64,000 nt of DNA from Candidatus Latescibacterota bacterium (GCA_965243025.1 CBDETY010000003.1:5088001-5152000), one strand, 5' to 3'. Counted from the stretch's first letter, positions 1 through 10,620 are shown. Program-made: numbers and translations. Notes: generated by a model not told the origin, from the sequence alone.

Positions 1-3000
1 GCCGTCACCGTGGCAGGCTGCGGAGATGCCGGCAGTGGTCGAATCCCCGAAGACGCCGTAGTTGCGGGCCCGCACGGTTCCGTTCAGCCCGGTTCCGATG
101 CGGGTGAAGAAGTCAATGCCGGGGTAGATGGTCGAGGAGTCGTTGAACCAGCGCTTGACATACAGGTAAGTCCCGTCGGTAACGAGCACTCCCGCGCCCT
201 TCAGGCCGCGCACCGTGAACCCGTCCTCGCGGGTCGCGCTTCCCGGCCTGAGTGGGGATGAGCTGCGGGTGACCCGGAGCAGGTCCCTGTCGAGCTCGAG
301 GGACTCGAGGCCGCCGCCGGCCATCTGCACCGCCGTCTGCCGCCAGCGCAACTGCTCACCGGGCACGGGGGCTTCCTCGCTGAGCCAAAGGGAGCGGGCC
401 GCGCTCCAGGGCCCCGGGACAGCACCGTCCACCGCCCGGGCCCGCCAGAACCACGGGCCCTCGGGAAGTGCGGGGGCGAACACGGCGATTCCCTCTTCGA
501 TCTCGACAGCCGGGGAAACGGTCGAGCTGTCCGAGGCGAAGTCGCCGGCGGTCGACAGCTGGAACTCGACCTGTCCCCCCTCCCCTTCGATAACCGCCTC
601 GAAGCTCGCTGCCGCAACCGGAATCACCGCGCCGGCAGGCGGGAACAGCAGCTCCGGGACGAGGGGGGACAGGATGTCGACGGGGGCCGAGGCGGCGTTG
701 TTGCCCTCGTCGAGCTCGGCCACGAGGTCTTCCGGGTCGAGGACGACCTCGAGCAGGTGCTCCCCGCGGCGGTCCCCGATGCGCCAATCGAAAGAGAGGC
801 GGCGGCTGCCGACGAACGGGGCCTGGCGTTCGAGGTAGAGGGTGTCGCCGGTCGCCTCCCCGCGGGCGGCGACGAGCACGGTGACGCTGTCCCGGGTGGC
901 GCGGGTGTTGTTGACAAGCACCGCGGTGACCGGAACGGTGCCGCCGCTCAGCAACTCTTCTCCCGTGGTGAGTTCCCGGGGCTGATAGTCGGGCAACCGC
1001 GGCAGGGCGAGCTCCTGGGCGGGGTCGCCGAACAGCTGCATCGTCAGGGCGGAAGCGGTCCAGGAAGGGTGCGCCGCCAGGACCCGGGCTTTGGCGGCGT
1101 TCAGGGCAGGGCCGAATGCGAGCCTTTCTTCCGTGAAGAACTGCCCGAACAGCTGCTTGCCCAGAAGGTCGTTCTGCGAGGTGAAGCTCTGCGCCGAGGC
1201 CGAGATGAAGGCGATCGAGCCGCCGTCGGCGCGGTCGGTGAAGACCTCGCCGATCGCTTCGGTGTGCGGGTTGACGAACATCCCGTTGAGGCAGGAGAGC
1301 GCCGTCACCAGCGGCAGGCGAGGGCCGTTGTCGACCTGCGACAGGTAGTCCCAGTCGGGGAACTGCAGCGAGAACACGTACTGCATCGTGCCGGCGGCGC
1401 CGTGGCCGTTGAAGTTCACCAGCAGGGCGCCGGCGTTGAGGGCGTCGAGGAATGCCTTTCCCGTCGGGTTGGGGAGGTGTTTCTCGTCGGGGTTGTAGAT
1501 CTTGACCGACTGCAACCCGAACGGCTCGCTGAAGCGGGAGGCCAGCTCGTCGCTCGGCCGTGTGAACTCGTTCTTGGGATGGTGGTTGGCCAGGTAGACG
1601 ACGCGGCTGCGCCAGTCCCCGGGGGCAGGTTCGGTGTCGTAGCCGACGATCTTGTCGACCACCCCCTCCGCTTCCACGGCGGTCTCTACCGCCAGCCGGC
1701 CGACGGCGACATCCGGGAGAAGGTCGTCGCCGTCGACCAGGCTGTAGAGGTAGTCGCTGGGAGAATTGCCGCGCCGGCGCGCGTCGTAGTAGAGGGTGGG
1801 GACAAAGCTGGGCCGGCCTCCCCCCAGCAGGTTGCGGTAGTCGAAGGTGGCGTCACCGAACAAAAGCACGTACTGCGGAGGCAGCTCCCAGTTGTGGTAG
1901 GCGTGAGAGATGAAGGCGCCGATCGCCTCGCGCAGCATCAGGCCGTGCGAGAACTCGTCGAAGATGTCCTCCACGTCGACGACTTCCGCGGAAAGGCCGC
2001 TGTCCCGGCGATGGCCGGCGAGCCTTTCGGCGGCGTCGAGAAAGTCCTCGTGGGAGATTACCAGGTAGTCGGCTCCCCGATGCGCCGTCCGCAACCCCGA
2101 AGGGGAATCGAGCGCGCCGCGGGGTGTGCGGATGCTGGCGCTGTCGACGATGACGTACTCGGCCCCGGTGTTGTTCCCGTCTTCGAAAATCGCTGTGTAG
2201 AGCGGAGCGCGGGCAGTGTCTATCAGCATCCCGGAAAAAACGATTTCCCGCGCCGTGTCGAACAGGTGGATTTCGGGATGGGAAAAGTCGAACACGACAA
2301 ACTGCGTGCCGGTCGAGGGTTCGTGGTTGAAGCGCAGGTATCCGGGCCAGGCCACGTAGCGGCTGCGGTAGTCGATCGCGAAGTAGTTGAACAGCGTCTG
2401 GTCCCGGCCTTCGGTGGCGCTGGCGAACGCCTGGACGAGCAGCCTGTTGGTCCCCTTCCTCAGGTACGTCGAGGGGATCTCCTCGTCGATCTCGAACTCG
2501 ATCTGCCCCTGCCAGCGATAGTCGCCGACCTGGTGGTTGTTCAGTTTGATCACCGTGTGGTGGGCGGGGGTCTGTCCGTGCAGGGCGACCCGCAGCCGGG
2601 CGTCGTACTCCTCCTCTCCAACAGCAGGGGTGGGCAGCTCTCCGGTGAACACCGCCGAACCGGGGGTGTCGACATCGAGACCGCGGATGGGACGCCGCCT
2701 CCAGAACCAGTGGTCGCGGATTATGTCCGGGGCATCCGCGAACACCTGAAACCACTGGTCCTCCTCGAAATGGGCGGTGGTCCAGTGGAATTGGGCGACC
2801 GGGTACCCGGCAACCGGTTCCGCGGTCTCGGGCTGGAACCGCCGTCCCGCCTCCGCTCCCCAGGTAAGCCAGTAGAAGTTTTCGCGGCCGTAGATGCTCT
2901 CGAAATCCTTTCCCCCTTCCTCCGGGGTCTTGTCGCGGCGGAAGCGGCCGACGAACAGCAGGTAGTCGCTCTCGTCGAACGACCCGTCCTCCTGCCCGAA

Positions 3001-3825
3001 GACCTGCAGAGGCTGCTCGCTGCCGAGGTGAAAAAGCCGCAAGGTGAGGGGGTCGATCTCCCCGGCGTCGACGGATCGCGCCGCGAGCCAGCGGCGGTCG
3101 ATGCGGAAGACGCCGTCGTGGGCGACCTTCACCTTTACCCAGGGGAGAGCCGGGTCGTACCAGCCGCCGCGGTCGTCGAGGCGGGCGCGCTTGGCCGCCG
3201 GCCGGGGGGGCATTCCGGCAGGCGGATTGAGGAAAGCCCCGTACAGGGGGGAGGGTCCGGGATCGTCGGCGCCCGGCTTGAATCGGCGGCTCCCGGAAAA
3301 ACGGACCGCTACCAGAAGGTCGGTGCAGACCGAGAGCCGCTGCATCCCCGGGTCGTAGGAGACCGGAAACAGACGCAGACCGTACGCGTCGACGCCGCGC
3401 AGGATGCCGAGGTACTCCGACTCGACGAGACCTGAAGGGCGTCTGGTTTCAGCGGAGGGGGAAGCAGGCGGAAGGTGGATTCCTTCGAGCTCTTCGAACC
3501 GGGCCTCGAGAACCTCGAGCTCGACGCCGGCCCCCGGGGGAGCCGCGATCAGGTGGGCGGCGAAAGGCAGCTCGATACCCCCGGGCGTGGCGAGCCTGGC
3601 CGGCAGCTCTGGAAACGCCAGCTCGTGGGTGAGTCTGCCGTCGACTTCGGAAGACGGCACGCGGCCTCCCTGCCGGAGGTCGAGGCGAAGCCGCAGGAGG
3701 AGGTCTCCCGACGGCGATTCGGTCAGCTCGAGCGGAGCCGCGGAAACGGAGGAGGAGAACAGTGCGAGCAGGATGAGCGATGCTCGCAACGGGAAGAGAT
3801 GGCAGGTGCGGGACAGTGGAGTCAC
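1..3825 (-). CDS. C25 family (gingipain/PorU-like) cysteine peptidase, secreted, >1275 aa, runs off the left edge
   Basis: Not in the ORF track; segments translated by hand in one frame. GTG at 3825 gives a signal-like start MTPLSRTCHLFPLRASLILLALFSSSVSA. C25 motifs: VVDVEDIFDEFSHG..YVLLFGDATFDY (~1840-1990), NFNGHG (~1400-1418) and VTALSCLNGMF (~1277-1310). Still in frame at base 1. Confidence 0.88.
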   Translation of the reverse strand, partial: MTPLSRTCHLFPLRASLILLALFSSSVSAAPLELTESPSGDLLLRLRLDLRQGGRVPSSEVDGRLTHELAFPELPARLATPGGIELPFAAHLIAAPPGAGVELEVLEARFEELEGIHLPPASPSAETRRPSGLVESEYLGILRGVDAYGLRLFPVSYDPGMQRLSVCTDLLVAVRFSGSRRFKPGADDPGPSPLYGAFLNPPAGMPPRPAAKRARLDDRGGWYDPALPWVKVKVAHDGVFRIDRRWLAARSVDAGEIDPLTLRLFHLGSEQPLQVFGQEDGSFDESDYLLFVGRFRRDKTPEEGGKDFESIYGRENFYWLTWGAEAGRRFQPETAEPVAGYPVAQFHWTTAHFEEDQWFQVFADAPDIIRDHWFWRRRPIRGLDVDTPGSAVFTGELPTPAVGEEEYDARLRVALHGQTPAHHTVIKLNNHQVGDYRWQGQIEFEIDEEIPSTYLRKGTNRLLVQAFASATEGRDQTLFNYFAIDYRSRYVAWPGYLRFNHEPSTGTQFVVFDFSHPEIHLFDTAREIVFSGMLIDTARAPLYTAIFEDGNNTGAEYVIVDSASIRTPRGALDSPSGLRTAHRGADYLVISHEDFLDAAERLAGHRRDSGLSAEVVDVEDIFDEFSHGLMLREAIGAFISHAYHNWELPPQYVLLFGDATFDYRNLLGGGRPSFVPTLYYDARRRGNSPSDYLYSLVDGDDLLPDVAVGRLAVETAVEAEGVVDKIVGYDTEPAPGDWRSRVVYLANHHPKNEFTRPSDELASRFSEPFGLQSVKIYNPDEKHLPNPTGKAFLDALNAGALLVNFNGHGAAGTMQYVFSLQFPDWDYLSQVDNGPRLPLVTALSCLNGMFVNPHTEAIGEVFTDRADGGSIAFISASAQSFTSQNDLLGKQLFGQFFTEERLAFGPALNAAKARVLAAHPSWTASALTMQLFGDPAQELALPRLPDYQPRELTTGEELLSGGTVPVTAVLVNNTRATRDSVTVLVAARGEATGDTLYLERQAPFVGSRRLSFDWRIGDRRGEHLLEVVLDPEDLVAELDEGNNAASAPVDILSPLVPELLFPPAGAVIPVAAASFEAVIEGEGGQVEFQLSTAGDFASDSSTVSPAVEIEEGIAVFAPALPEGPWFWRARAVDGAVPGPWSAARSLWLSEEAPVPGEQLRWRQTAVQMAGGGLESLELDRDLLRVTRSSSPLRPGSATREDGFTVRGLKGAGVLVTDGTYLYVKRWFNDSSTIYPGIDFFTRIGTGLNGTVRARNYGVFGDSTTAGISAACHGDG

Positions 3826-3997
3826 GACGGTTTAAGGTACGAAACCGGAAGGGCTGAAATAGCTTGGCGGTCCGGGCATGGGCGGATTGCCGCCCCGGGG
3901 GTTTCGTTGCTCCCTACCTGTATCCTGTATATTAACCGCATCTTCTGAAAAAGGCAGGGACCGACAGCGAGTCATGTGCTTTTCAGGGACGCATGCC

Positions 3998-4567
3998 ATG
4001 CTGACAAGGAACGGATGGTGGCCGGCTTTTCTCCTTGCGGCGACATGGGGGAACGCGGAGCCTGCGGGAGAAGCCGCCCGGAACGAAGCGGAGGTTCCCG
4101 CCCCGGCCGCGGTGTACTGCACTCCGTCGGACGACCTGGCGATCCTGAGCTGGGCGAGGGTTTCGGGCGCCGCCGGTTACCAGGTCTGGGAATGGCCGGG
4201 GGATGGGGCTGCCGGGGAGGTGAAGCCGGAGTGGATTTCCCGCGAGCGGCTCGATCCTGAACAGGGAAGAAGCGAAATCCACCGAACCCGCCCTGTCCTC
4301 CCGAGGCTGGCGGTGTCGTCCCTGTTCCTCCGGGAGGGCGAGCTGGTTTCCTCTCGGCCGATTCCCGCGGTGTTCTCGCCAGCCCCCGGCTCGAGGCGGG
4401 AAGAGATGCCTCCCCCCTTCCCCCGCCGGGCTCTCCTGTCCCCGGATCGCGATGAGGCGGAATTCGCCATCTACCGCGAAAGAGCGGAAGATGCCCTGAT
4501 CGGCCTGATCCTGCAGCAGGGGTTTCGCTTCACCAGGCGGGTGTCCTTGCGGGCAAATCGATGCTGA
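3998..4567 (+). CDS. hypothetical exported protein
   Basis: ORF 3878..4567; the ATG at 3998 gives a signal-like N-terminus (MLTRNGWWPAFLLAATWGNA). No recognisable family. Confidence 0.45.
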   Translation: MLTRNGWWPAFLLAATWGNAEPAGEAARNEAEVPAPAAVYCTPSDDLAILSWARVSGAAGYQVWEWPGDGAAGEVKPEWISRERLDPEQGRSEIHRTRPVLPRLAVSSLFLREGELVSSRPIPAVFSPAPGSRREEMPPPFPRRALLSPDRDEAEFAIYRERAEDALIGLILQQGFRFTRRVSLRANRC

Positions 4568-4722
4568 AACCGGATAATCCCGACAGCGATCAACCAGCTT
4601 CGGCGGAGCCGCCTGCAACCGACCCTGGAAAAAGCGGTTGAACGCGACTCTTTCCCGACGGCCACCCGCCCGTTAACGGGCGACCCGGAAACCTGCGGCC
4701 CTGCCGGACAGCACGCATTTCC

Positions 4723-6468
4723 TCACCTGATCAAAGTCGCCCGTCTCACGTCCTCGAAGTTGCCGGACCTGATCCGGTACAGGTAAACGCCGGTAGCCAG
4801 GCCGGATGCGTCCCACCTGACGGTCCGTTGTCCCCGGGGCATGAATCCCCGGACAAGGGTCCGTATTCTCCTGCCGCCGAGGTCGAAAACGGATATATCC
4901 ACCTCGGCCGGTTCCGGCAGGTAGCAGTTTATTCCCGTTGTGTGATTGAACGGGTTGGGAAAGTTCTGAGAGAGCGAAATTTCCCCGGCCGCGGGCCCGG
5001 CGGCGGGGCTGCTCACCTCGGTGCTGACCTTCTCTTCAACGACGTCGAAGCTGTAAGCCCATTCCGTGGCTACCATCGGCTTGGTCATCCTCTTTCCGTC
5101 GTTGCTGGTCGCTTCGACGTAGTAGTGAACCCGCGTTCCGGGAGGCTGCCCGGGAATGGTTGCGGTGAAACGGTCTCCACGCCGGTACGCCATCGGCACC
5201 TGCTCGAACCGCCCGGTATCGCCCGCCCTCCAGTGTAAAACCGCATCGGCAATACCGGATGCGGATTGAATGCGGGCATCGATTTCGTACCCCCCTGCCG
5301 GCGGCATCGAACCGGGGAGCCGGTCGTGGACGATCAGCAGGGGGTCGTCGGCGTAGATCTCCCTGGCCGCGCAGTGGATTCCACCTCCCCGCTCGGCAAA
5401 CCGGGAAGAAGGGACGGCCAGGATGCGATAGCCCGGCATGTGTTTTTCGTACAGCCGCAACGCCTCGGTGTCGGAAGGCGGATGGTCGAAGGTCGGAACA
5501 ATGACGGTCGCGTTGATGATCAGCGAGTTGATATAGGTCGCGTCGACGGTTTCATAGCTGCCGGCCCTGGATGGGCTGTTGGCAATGCGAACAAACCGGT
5601 AGGGCCGGCCGGAACGGGACAGGGTGCGGGACCGGATCGCCTCCACGGCGGCTTCGATTCTATTCTGATCGTCGCTTCTCTGTTCGTTGCCGAGATAGTT
5701 CGTTGCGGGGATTTCGCTGACGAAAAAGGTCTCCTCGTCGACGAGCTTCAGGTAGTAGTCGAGGTGGATCTGGTAGGGCGGCAATTCGACCAGTTCTTCA
5801 ATGCCGAACGACTCCTTCCAGATTTCCCACACCGTTTTCCGTTCCCTCGGGTTTTCAGGCTGATATCGGGAGTCGTAGAACAGTCTCCCCCTGCCGTCGA
5901 CGATGTAGTTGCCCCCGTCGGTGTAGTAGCCGGCGTCCGTATCGAACGTGTGAAGTGATTTCTGCATGAACCTGGCGGTGATTTCCCCGCCCACGTCGTT
6001 CCGCCAACCGAGCAGCTGCAGCGACTCGACCTCTTCCCGGTAGACGGAGAACGGACCGTTGTCCCTCAACCAGGGCTTGTAGATCCTGTCCTCCCGGTAC
6101 GACGGGAAAAACGGCACGACGTGGATTTCCGGCGCCTCCAGTCCCAGCTCGGACAACGTATCCGGCAGGCTGTAGGAGTTCGTCGTATCGTCGAGGATGT
6201 ACACCTCCACCCCGGTCTCCAGGAGAGCCCCGACCAGTTCGACGTGCTCTCCCACAAACTCCCGGCGGGCCCGGATCATCGTATCCGTCCAGCCTCCGAA
6301 CTCCTTTGCCTGGGACTGCTGCCAGAGGAAGTCGGCCTCGAACCACCCCAGCACCACCCCCTGGACCTCTTCCCATTCCGCCGGGGCTCTGGCCCGGGAA
6401 ACAGGCAGGGCGAAAAGATCCGGCGCAGCGAGGGCGAAAAGGGAGAGAATGACAGTTGCCCGGTTCAT
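4723..6468 (-). CDS. peptidylarginine/agmatine deiminase family protein with Ig-like domain and T9SS type-A-like C-terminal sorting domain
   Basis: Motifs RAPAEWEE, WLRDNGP, DGGN, HLD, TYINSLIIN and GGGIHC. C-terminus LSQNFPNPFN...GVYLYRI...RRATLIR. Signal peptide from the ATG at 6468. Confidence 0.88.
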   Translation of the reverse strand: MNRATVILSLFALAAPDLFALPVSRARAPAEWEEVQGVVLGWFEADFLWQQSQAKEFGGWTDTMIRARREFVGEHVELVGALLETGVEVYILDDTTNSYSLPDTLSELGLEAPEIHVVPFFPSYREDRIYKPWLRDNGPFSVYREEVESLQLLGWRNDVGGEITARFMQKSLHTFDTDAGYYTDGGNYIVDGRGRLFYDSRYQPENPRERKTVWEIWKESFGIEELVELPPYQIHLDYYLKLVDEETFFVSEIPATNYLGNEQRSDDQNRIEAAVEAIRSRTLSRSGRPYRFVRIANSPSRAGSYETVDATYINSLIINATVIVPTFDHPPSDTEALRLYEKHMPGYRILAVPSSRFAERGGGIHCAAREIYADDPLLIVHDRLPGSMPPAGGYEIDARIQSASGIADAVLHWRAGDTGRFEQVPMAYRRGDRFTATIPGQPPGTRVHYYVEATSNDGKRMTKPMVATEWAYSFDVVEEKVSTEVSSPAAGPAAGEISLSQNFPNPFNHTTGINCYLPEPAEVDISVFDLGGRRIRTLVRGFMPRGQRTVRWDASGLATGVYLYRIRSGNFEDVRRATLIR

Positions 6469-6548
6469 TCCCGTCGCGCCGAATGCCCGGCCCCTGCCAG
6501 ACATCAGAGAAGGCCGCAGGGCTGTTTGCCCGCGGCGTCCGCCCCCAC

Positions 6549-8678
6549 TCAATAGGCCAGGGCGAACAGGCCGATAACCTCGTCGACCTTCTCGGCCTCG
6601 AGTCTGATCCGGTACAGGTAGGTGCCGGGAGGCGCCAGGGCGCCGCTGGCAGTGCGGCCGTCCCAGGTCTGCCGGTAGGCTCCGCTGGTCGACAGGCCGG
6701 AGCTCAGGGTGGCGACAGGCCTGCCGGAAAGGTCGAAGATTTCCAGCAGGACCTCTCGGGCGTCGGTCACTTCCCGCAGCTTGTAGTCCACGAAGACCCG
6801 GTCGTTGACGCCGTCGCCGTTGGGGGTGAAGGGGTTGGGGCCGACCGTCACGTCGGCGAGCAGGTCGCCGCCGATCGGCGAGCGCACCGACAGGTCGTCC
6901 CCGGAGAACCGGAAGGTGGCGTTGCCCGCCTCGATGCGCTGCTTGATGAGGTCGGGATCGGAGCTGTCGTAGACCCAGCCGGTGAACTGGGTTCCGAAGC
7001 GGAGAACCGGGGCGTCGAAAACGACCTCGATCTGCTTGAAACTGCTGTCGGGATCGGCCACCCGGAAGGGGAATGCGACAACCAGGCGGTCGTCTTCGAC
7101 CACGGGGGGAAACTCGTTGAGATCGACCTCGTAGACGCCGTCGATGGTGACGGACCGCACCTGCTCCGCCCGGGAGTGGGTTATGACTTCCAGGCGGTCG
7201 AACCCGCTGTCCTCCTCGTCGAACCGCGGCTTGATCACGTAGGTGAAGGTTTCCGGGTCGAAGCTTTTTACCTCGACCGGCCAGATTTCACCCACCACCT
7301 CCTGCGCGACAGGCGTCTCGCTGAAGAGGATGGCGACCTGTTCGAGTCGCGGGGCGACCTCGAAGGTGCCGAACATGCGGATATCGAGCTGCAGGTAGCG
7401 CCCGAGTCCCTCGGAAACGACCGGCAGGCCGTCCTCCCAGCTTCCGGCCGGGAGCGAGGAATCGCGGCGTCCGCCCTCGAAGTCGTAGACCGGAGACCAG
7501 AAAGTCCAGTTCTCCGTGTCGTATTCGATCGGCACCTGATCGAGGAAATTAATGTCTTCGTACACCTCTTTGGTGGTGGGAACGACGTTTCCGTTGGGGT
7601 CCATCTCGAAGTAAAGGCTTGGATCGGGAGTGTTGCCGGTGCGGGTGCGCACCTCAACCCTCGTTCCTTCCGGGAAGTCGCCGCTCCAGCGGATCCTGCC
7701 CCAGTTTACGTGCTTGCCGAAGTCCATGATCTGGGAGACGATGCCGGTCTCGCGGACGTACCCCTCGGGATAGATTTCCAGTTCGGCCACTTCCCAGCTG
7801 TGGGTGGGGTTCGGTTCGAACAGGAGCCAGCGCACCGAACGGGTGGGAAACTGCAGGTCGACGACCGTGTCGATGTTCTCCTCGGTGCTGTAGAGGACGT
7901 CGAACCGCCTGTCTCCGCGTTCGGGCCAGTTCGGATGCTTGGAATGAGTGCCGTGGGGATTGCGGTCGCACGGCCCCTTGACGAAGATGCCGACCGAGTT
8001 GTCGGCGACGCGGATGGTGAATCCGTTGAGAAAGTTCTCCGCGTAGCTTTCGACGTTGAAGGATTCGAGGGGGATGGGGGGATCGGCAAGCGACTCGATC
8101 AGGCGCGCGTCGTCGCGCTGACCGAGGCGAGGATAGAAACGGATCCGCGAGAGGGGAACGGGAACGCCCAGATCGAGTATGGCGATACCCTTGTACCCGG
8201 ATGCGCTCCGGAATCTGGCGTTGTAGATGATCTTGTAGAAGGTGGCCGTCTTGGGATCGCCGTCGAACGACGGCTTGTAGTTCTGTATGGTGCCCGCGTG
8301 CACGCAGCTGGTGGCGACCTGCACCCGGCCTCCGACCAGGGGCAGGGGTACGTCCGTTACTCCCGTGGTCGGGTCGGTGACCGCAACGTTGACGCTGCCG
8401 TCGAAGAACCAGGGCTCGATGGTGTTGGCCCGGGTGTCGATCCCGTCGCCGCCGGCCTGGCCGAACGGTGTTATTCCCACCGTCTCCCGGCGCTCGATGT
8501 CTCCCCCGCTGCCGAGAATGAAGTACTCTCCCGCCTCGGCCGGGCTCGTCGCCGCTTCCCAGGGATTCCCGTCCTCCCCGCCGAGGCGGTATTCGGTGCG
8601 GGCCAGGGCATCGGCGGCACCCCAGAAGACAACTGCTGCGACCGCCATGTTTCCGATTGGTGTGAACAGGTCGTTCAC
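6549..8678 (-). CDS. secreted protein with discoidin-like region and C-terminal FlgD-Ig/type-B-CTD-like domain (paralog 1)
   Basis: GTG at 8678 with a GGGAGG RBS; FDGDPKT and ILDLG motifs; C-terminus GPNPFTPNGDGVND...WDGR...PPGTYLYRI...FALAY. Confidence 0.8.
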   Translation of the reverse strand: MNDLFTPIGNMAVAAVVFWGAADALARTEYRLGGEDGNPWEAATSPAEAGEYFILGSGGDIERRETVGITPFGQAGGDGIDTRANTIEPWFFDGSVNVAVTDPTTGVTDVPLPLVGGRVQVATSCVHAGTIQNYKPSFDGDPKTATFYKIIYNARFRSASGYKGIAILDLGVPVPLSRIRFYPRLGQRDDARLIESLADPPIPLESFNVESYAENFLNGFTIRVADNSVGIFVKGPCDRNPHGTHSKHPNWPERGDRRFDVLYSTEENIDTVVDLQFPTRSVRWLLFEPNPTHSWEVAELEIYPEGYVRETGIVSQIMDFGKHVNWGRIRWSGDFPEGTRVEVRTRTGNTPDPSLYFEMDPNGNVVPTTKEVYEDINFLDQVPIEYDTENWTFWSPVYDFEGGRRDSSLPAGSWEDGLPVVSEGLGRYLQLDIRMFGTFEVAPRLEQVAILFSETPVAQEVVGEIWPVEVKSFDPETFTYVIKPRFDEEDSGFDRLEVITHSRAEQVRSVTIDGVYEVDLNEFPPVVEDDRLVVAFPFRVADPDSSFKQIEVVFDAPVLRFGTQFTGWVYDSSDPDLIKQRIEAGNATFRFSGDDLSVRSPIGGDLLADVTVGPNPFTPNGDGVNDRVFVDYKLREVTDAREVLLEIFDLSGRPVATLSSGLSTSGAYRQTWDGRTASGALAPPGTYLYRIRLEAEKVDEVIGLFALAY

Positions 8679-8949
8679 TTCCGGCCTCCCTCGGCTGCCG
8701 TGTAGCAATTAAGGGGACGTCGCGGTTCCCATTAAGAAACTCAATACCGCGGGGGGGGACAATCCTGTTTTCCATCCGCCCGGGGCCGGATTTGAAACCT
8801 GATACAGTATGCCGTTTTCAACTCTTCAACAGCCGGCCAGAATCTCATTGAGCAGGCGGATGGCTATCGATATCTTCAGGCCCTTGGCGATCGAAGGCAA
8901 TGACATGACATCGACAGTGCGGGACGGAAGCCACACCGACAACAGGTTC

Positions 8950-10599
8950 ATGAACCGCATCCCGTTTTGGGCCGGGATCGTCTGGTTGCAGGTGATGTCC
9001 TGCGGGCACCCGGACAGGGACGTCGTCGCGGAGGTCGGGAGGTATCGCGTCGAGGCCGGCGCCCTGCGAAACCTGGTCGCCGACCTGCTGCCGGGGCAGC
9101 GGGCAAATGCCGCCGGCGACGAAGCGCGCCGCCACTACCTGCAGGTGATGGTCGACGGACGCCTGATGCTTCTCGAAGCGGAAAACCAGGCTCTGGAATC
9201 CCTGGAGGAAGTGCAGGCGGAGATCCGCGAAGCCGTAGACAAGCAGGTTCGCCGGTTGTATCTGACAGCGGAGATTCCTTCAGTACCCCCGGTCACCGAG
9301 GCGGACGCCAGGGCCCGGTTCGAGCAGGAGGGGTTCGGCCGCGAGCGTCTGTGCAGCGCCGTCCTGGTTGCCGACCGGGCCACCATGGACAGCGTGCTTG
9401 CAGCACTGTCGGGGGGCCGTTCTTTCGAGGAAGTTGCGAGTCGGTACTCACTCGACTCCCGTTCGGCGGCCCAGGGGGGCGAGCTGGGCTACGTCGGCCC
9501 GAGGACGATCGACAGACTCAACCTCCCTCCCGATCTGTTTCGCAGCCTTCCCGCGGGGAAGGTGTCGCCGCCGATCCCCGCCGGAAGGGGCGCCTGGCAG
9601 GTATTCCGCTTCACCGACGAACGCGGCGTTCCGTTCGCCAGGCACCGGACTTTCATAGAGACTCTCCTGCAGACCGAGCGCCGGACCCGGGCCGAACGGC
9701 AACACCTGGAACGCCTGCAGGAATCCTTCGAGGTACGCCTGAATGCGGCAGGCCTCAGGGAACTGATCGAGGCCTACGGCCGCCGGCAGACCGGGGATCT
9801 GCCCGCCAGCACCACCGCCCTTTACCTCCACGACGAAGGAGCAATCGGCGTTGCCGAGGCGAACGAAGCCCTGCGGGCCGGGAATCTTCGCCGCGCCTTC
9901 GCTGACAGCGCCGACGCGGCGGCGACGTTCAACGGGGCGGTTCTGCGCCCTTACCTGATACGGCGGGCGGCGCGAGGGGCCGGCTACTACGACAGGCCCG
10001 ACATCGCCGAGTACCGGGAACGGGTCCGCATCAACGTTCTCGCCGGCCGGCTCAGGGCCCTCGCCATGGAGGAGATCGAGCTGTCGGAGGCGGACATCCG
10101 CGCCTACTACGATGCCAACCCCGGGATGTTCCGCATAGAACCCTACACCTCGGTCGAAGAGCTGTTGCTGCCCAGTGTGGCAGAGGCCGCCGGGTGCAAG
10201 CAAGAACTGCTGGACGGGGAGCCTTTCGAGAACCTCGTTTCCCGCAGCACGAGGTCCGACGCCGTCGAAAACGAGGGCCGATACCACTTCCACCCCCGGG
10301 ACGCCCTGGTTTATCCCCTCCTGATGGCCGCCATCGACCAGGCCTCCGCGGGGAAGTGGACCGGACCGGTGCAGGTGGAGGAAGGATACTCCGTCTTCCG
10401 TGTTTCCGAGCGGATACCCGAAGGGGTGAAGCCGTACGAGCGGGCCCGGAACAAGGCCCGCCAACTGCTGCTGCGGGAGCGGGAGGCGAAGGAGCTCGAC
10501 AGGTTGGTAAACAGCCTGCGCGAAAAATACGAGGCCGAAGTCGTCGTCCACGAAGGGAATCTCAGGGGCGCCCTGCCGGACAGCCTCCTGGCGGGTTGA
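8950..10599 (+). CDS. twin parvulin (PpiC)-domain foldase lipoprotein, SurA/PrsA-like
   Basis: Lipobox-like VMSC after the ATG at 8950; FEEVASRYSLDSRSAAQGGELGY; second domain SEADIRAYYDANP...GPVQVEEGYSVFRV. Confidence 0.8.
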   Translation: MNRIPFWAGIVWLQVMSCGHPDRDVVAEVGRYRVEAGALRNLVADLLPGQRANAAGDEARRHYLQVMVDGRLMLLEAENQALESLEEVQAEIREAVDKQVRRLYLTAEIPSVPPVTEADARARFEQEGFGRERLCSAVLVADRATMDSVLAALSGGRSFEEVASRYSLDSRSAAQGGELGYVGPRTIDRLNLPPDLFRSLPAGKVSPPIPAGRGAWQVFRFTDERGVPFARHRTFIETLLQTERRTRAERQHLERLQESFEVRLNAAGLRELIEAYGRRQTGDLPASTTALYLHDEGAIGVAEANEALRAGNLRRAFADSADAAATFNGAVLRPYLIRRAARGAGYYDRPDIAEYRERVRINVLAGRLRALAMEEIELSEADIRAYYDANPGMFRIEPYTSVEELLLPSVAEAAGCKQELLDGEPFENLVSRSTRSDAVENEGRYHFHPRDALVYPLLMAAIDQASAGKWTGPVQVEEGYSVFRVSERIPEGVKPYERARNKARQLLLREREAKELDRLVNSLREKYEAEVVVHEGNLRGALPDSLLAG

Positions 10600-10620
10600 C
10601 GCTCCAGGTGGTGGATACTC

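Noticed and set aside
757-3435. 892-aa + strand ORF
   Set aside because: Antisense shadow of the minus-strand C25 peptidase; no motifs.
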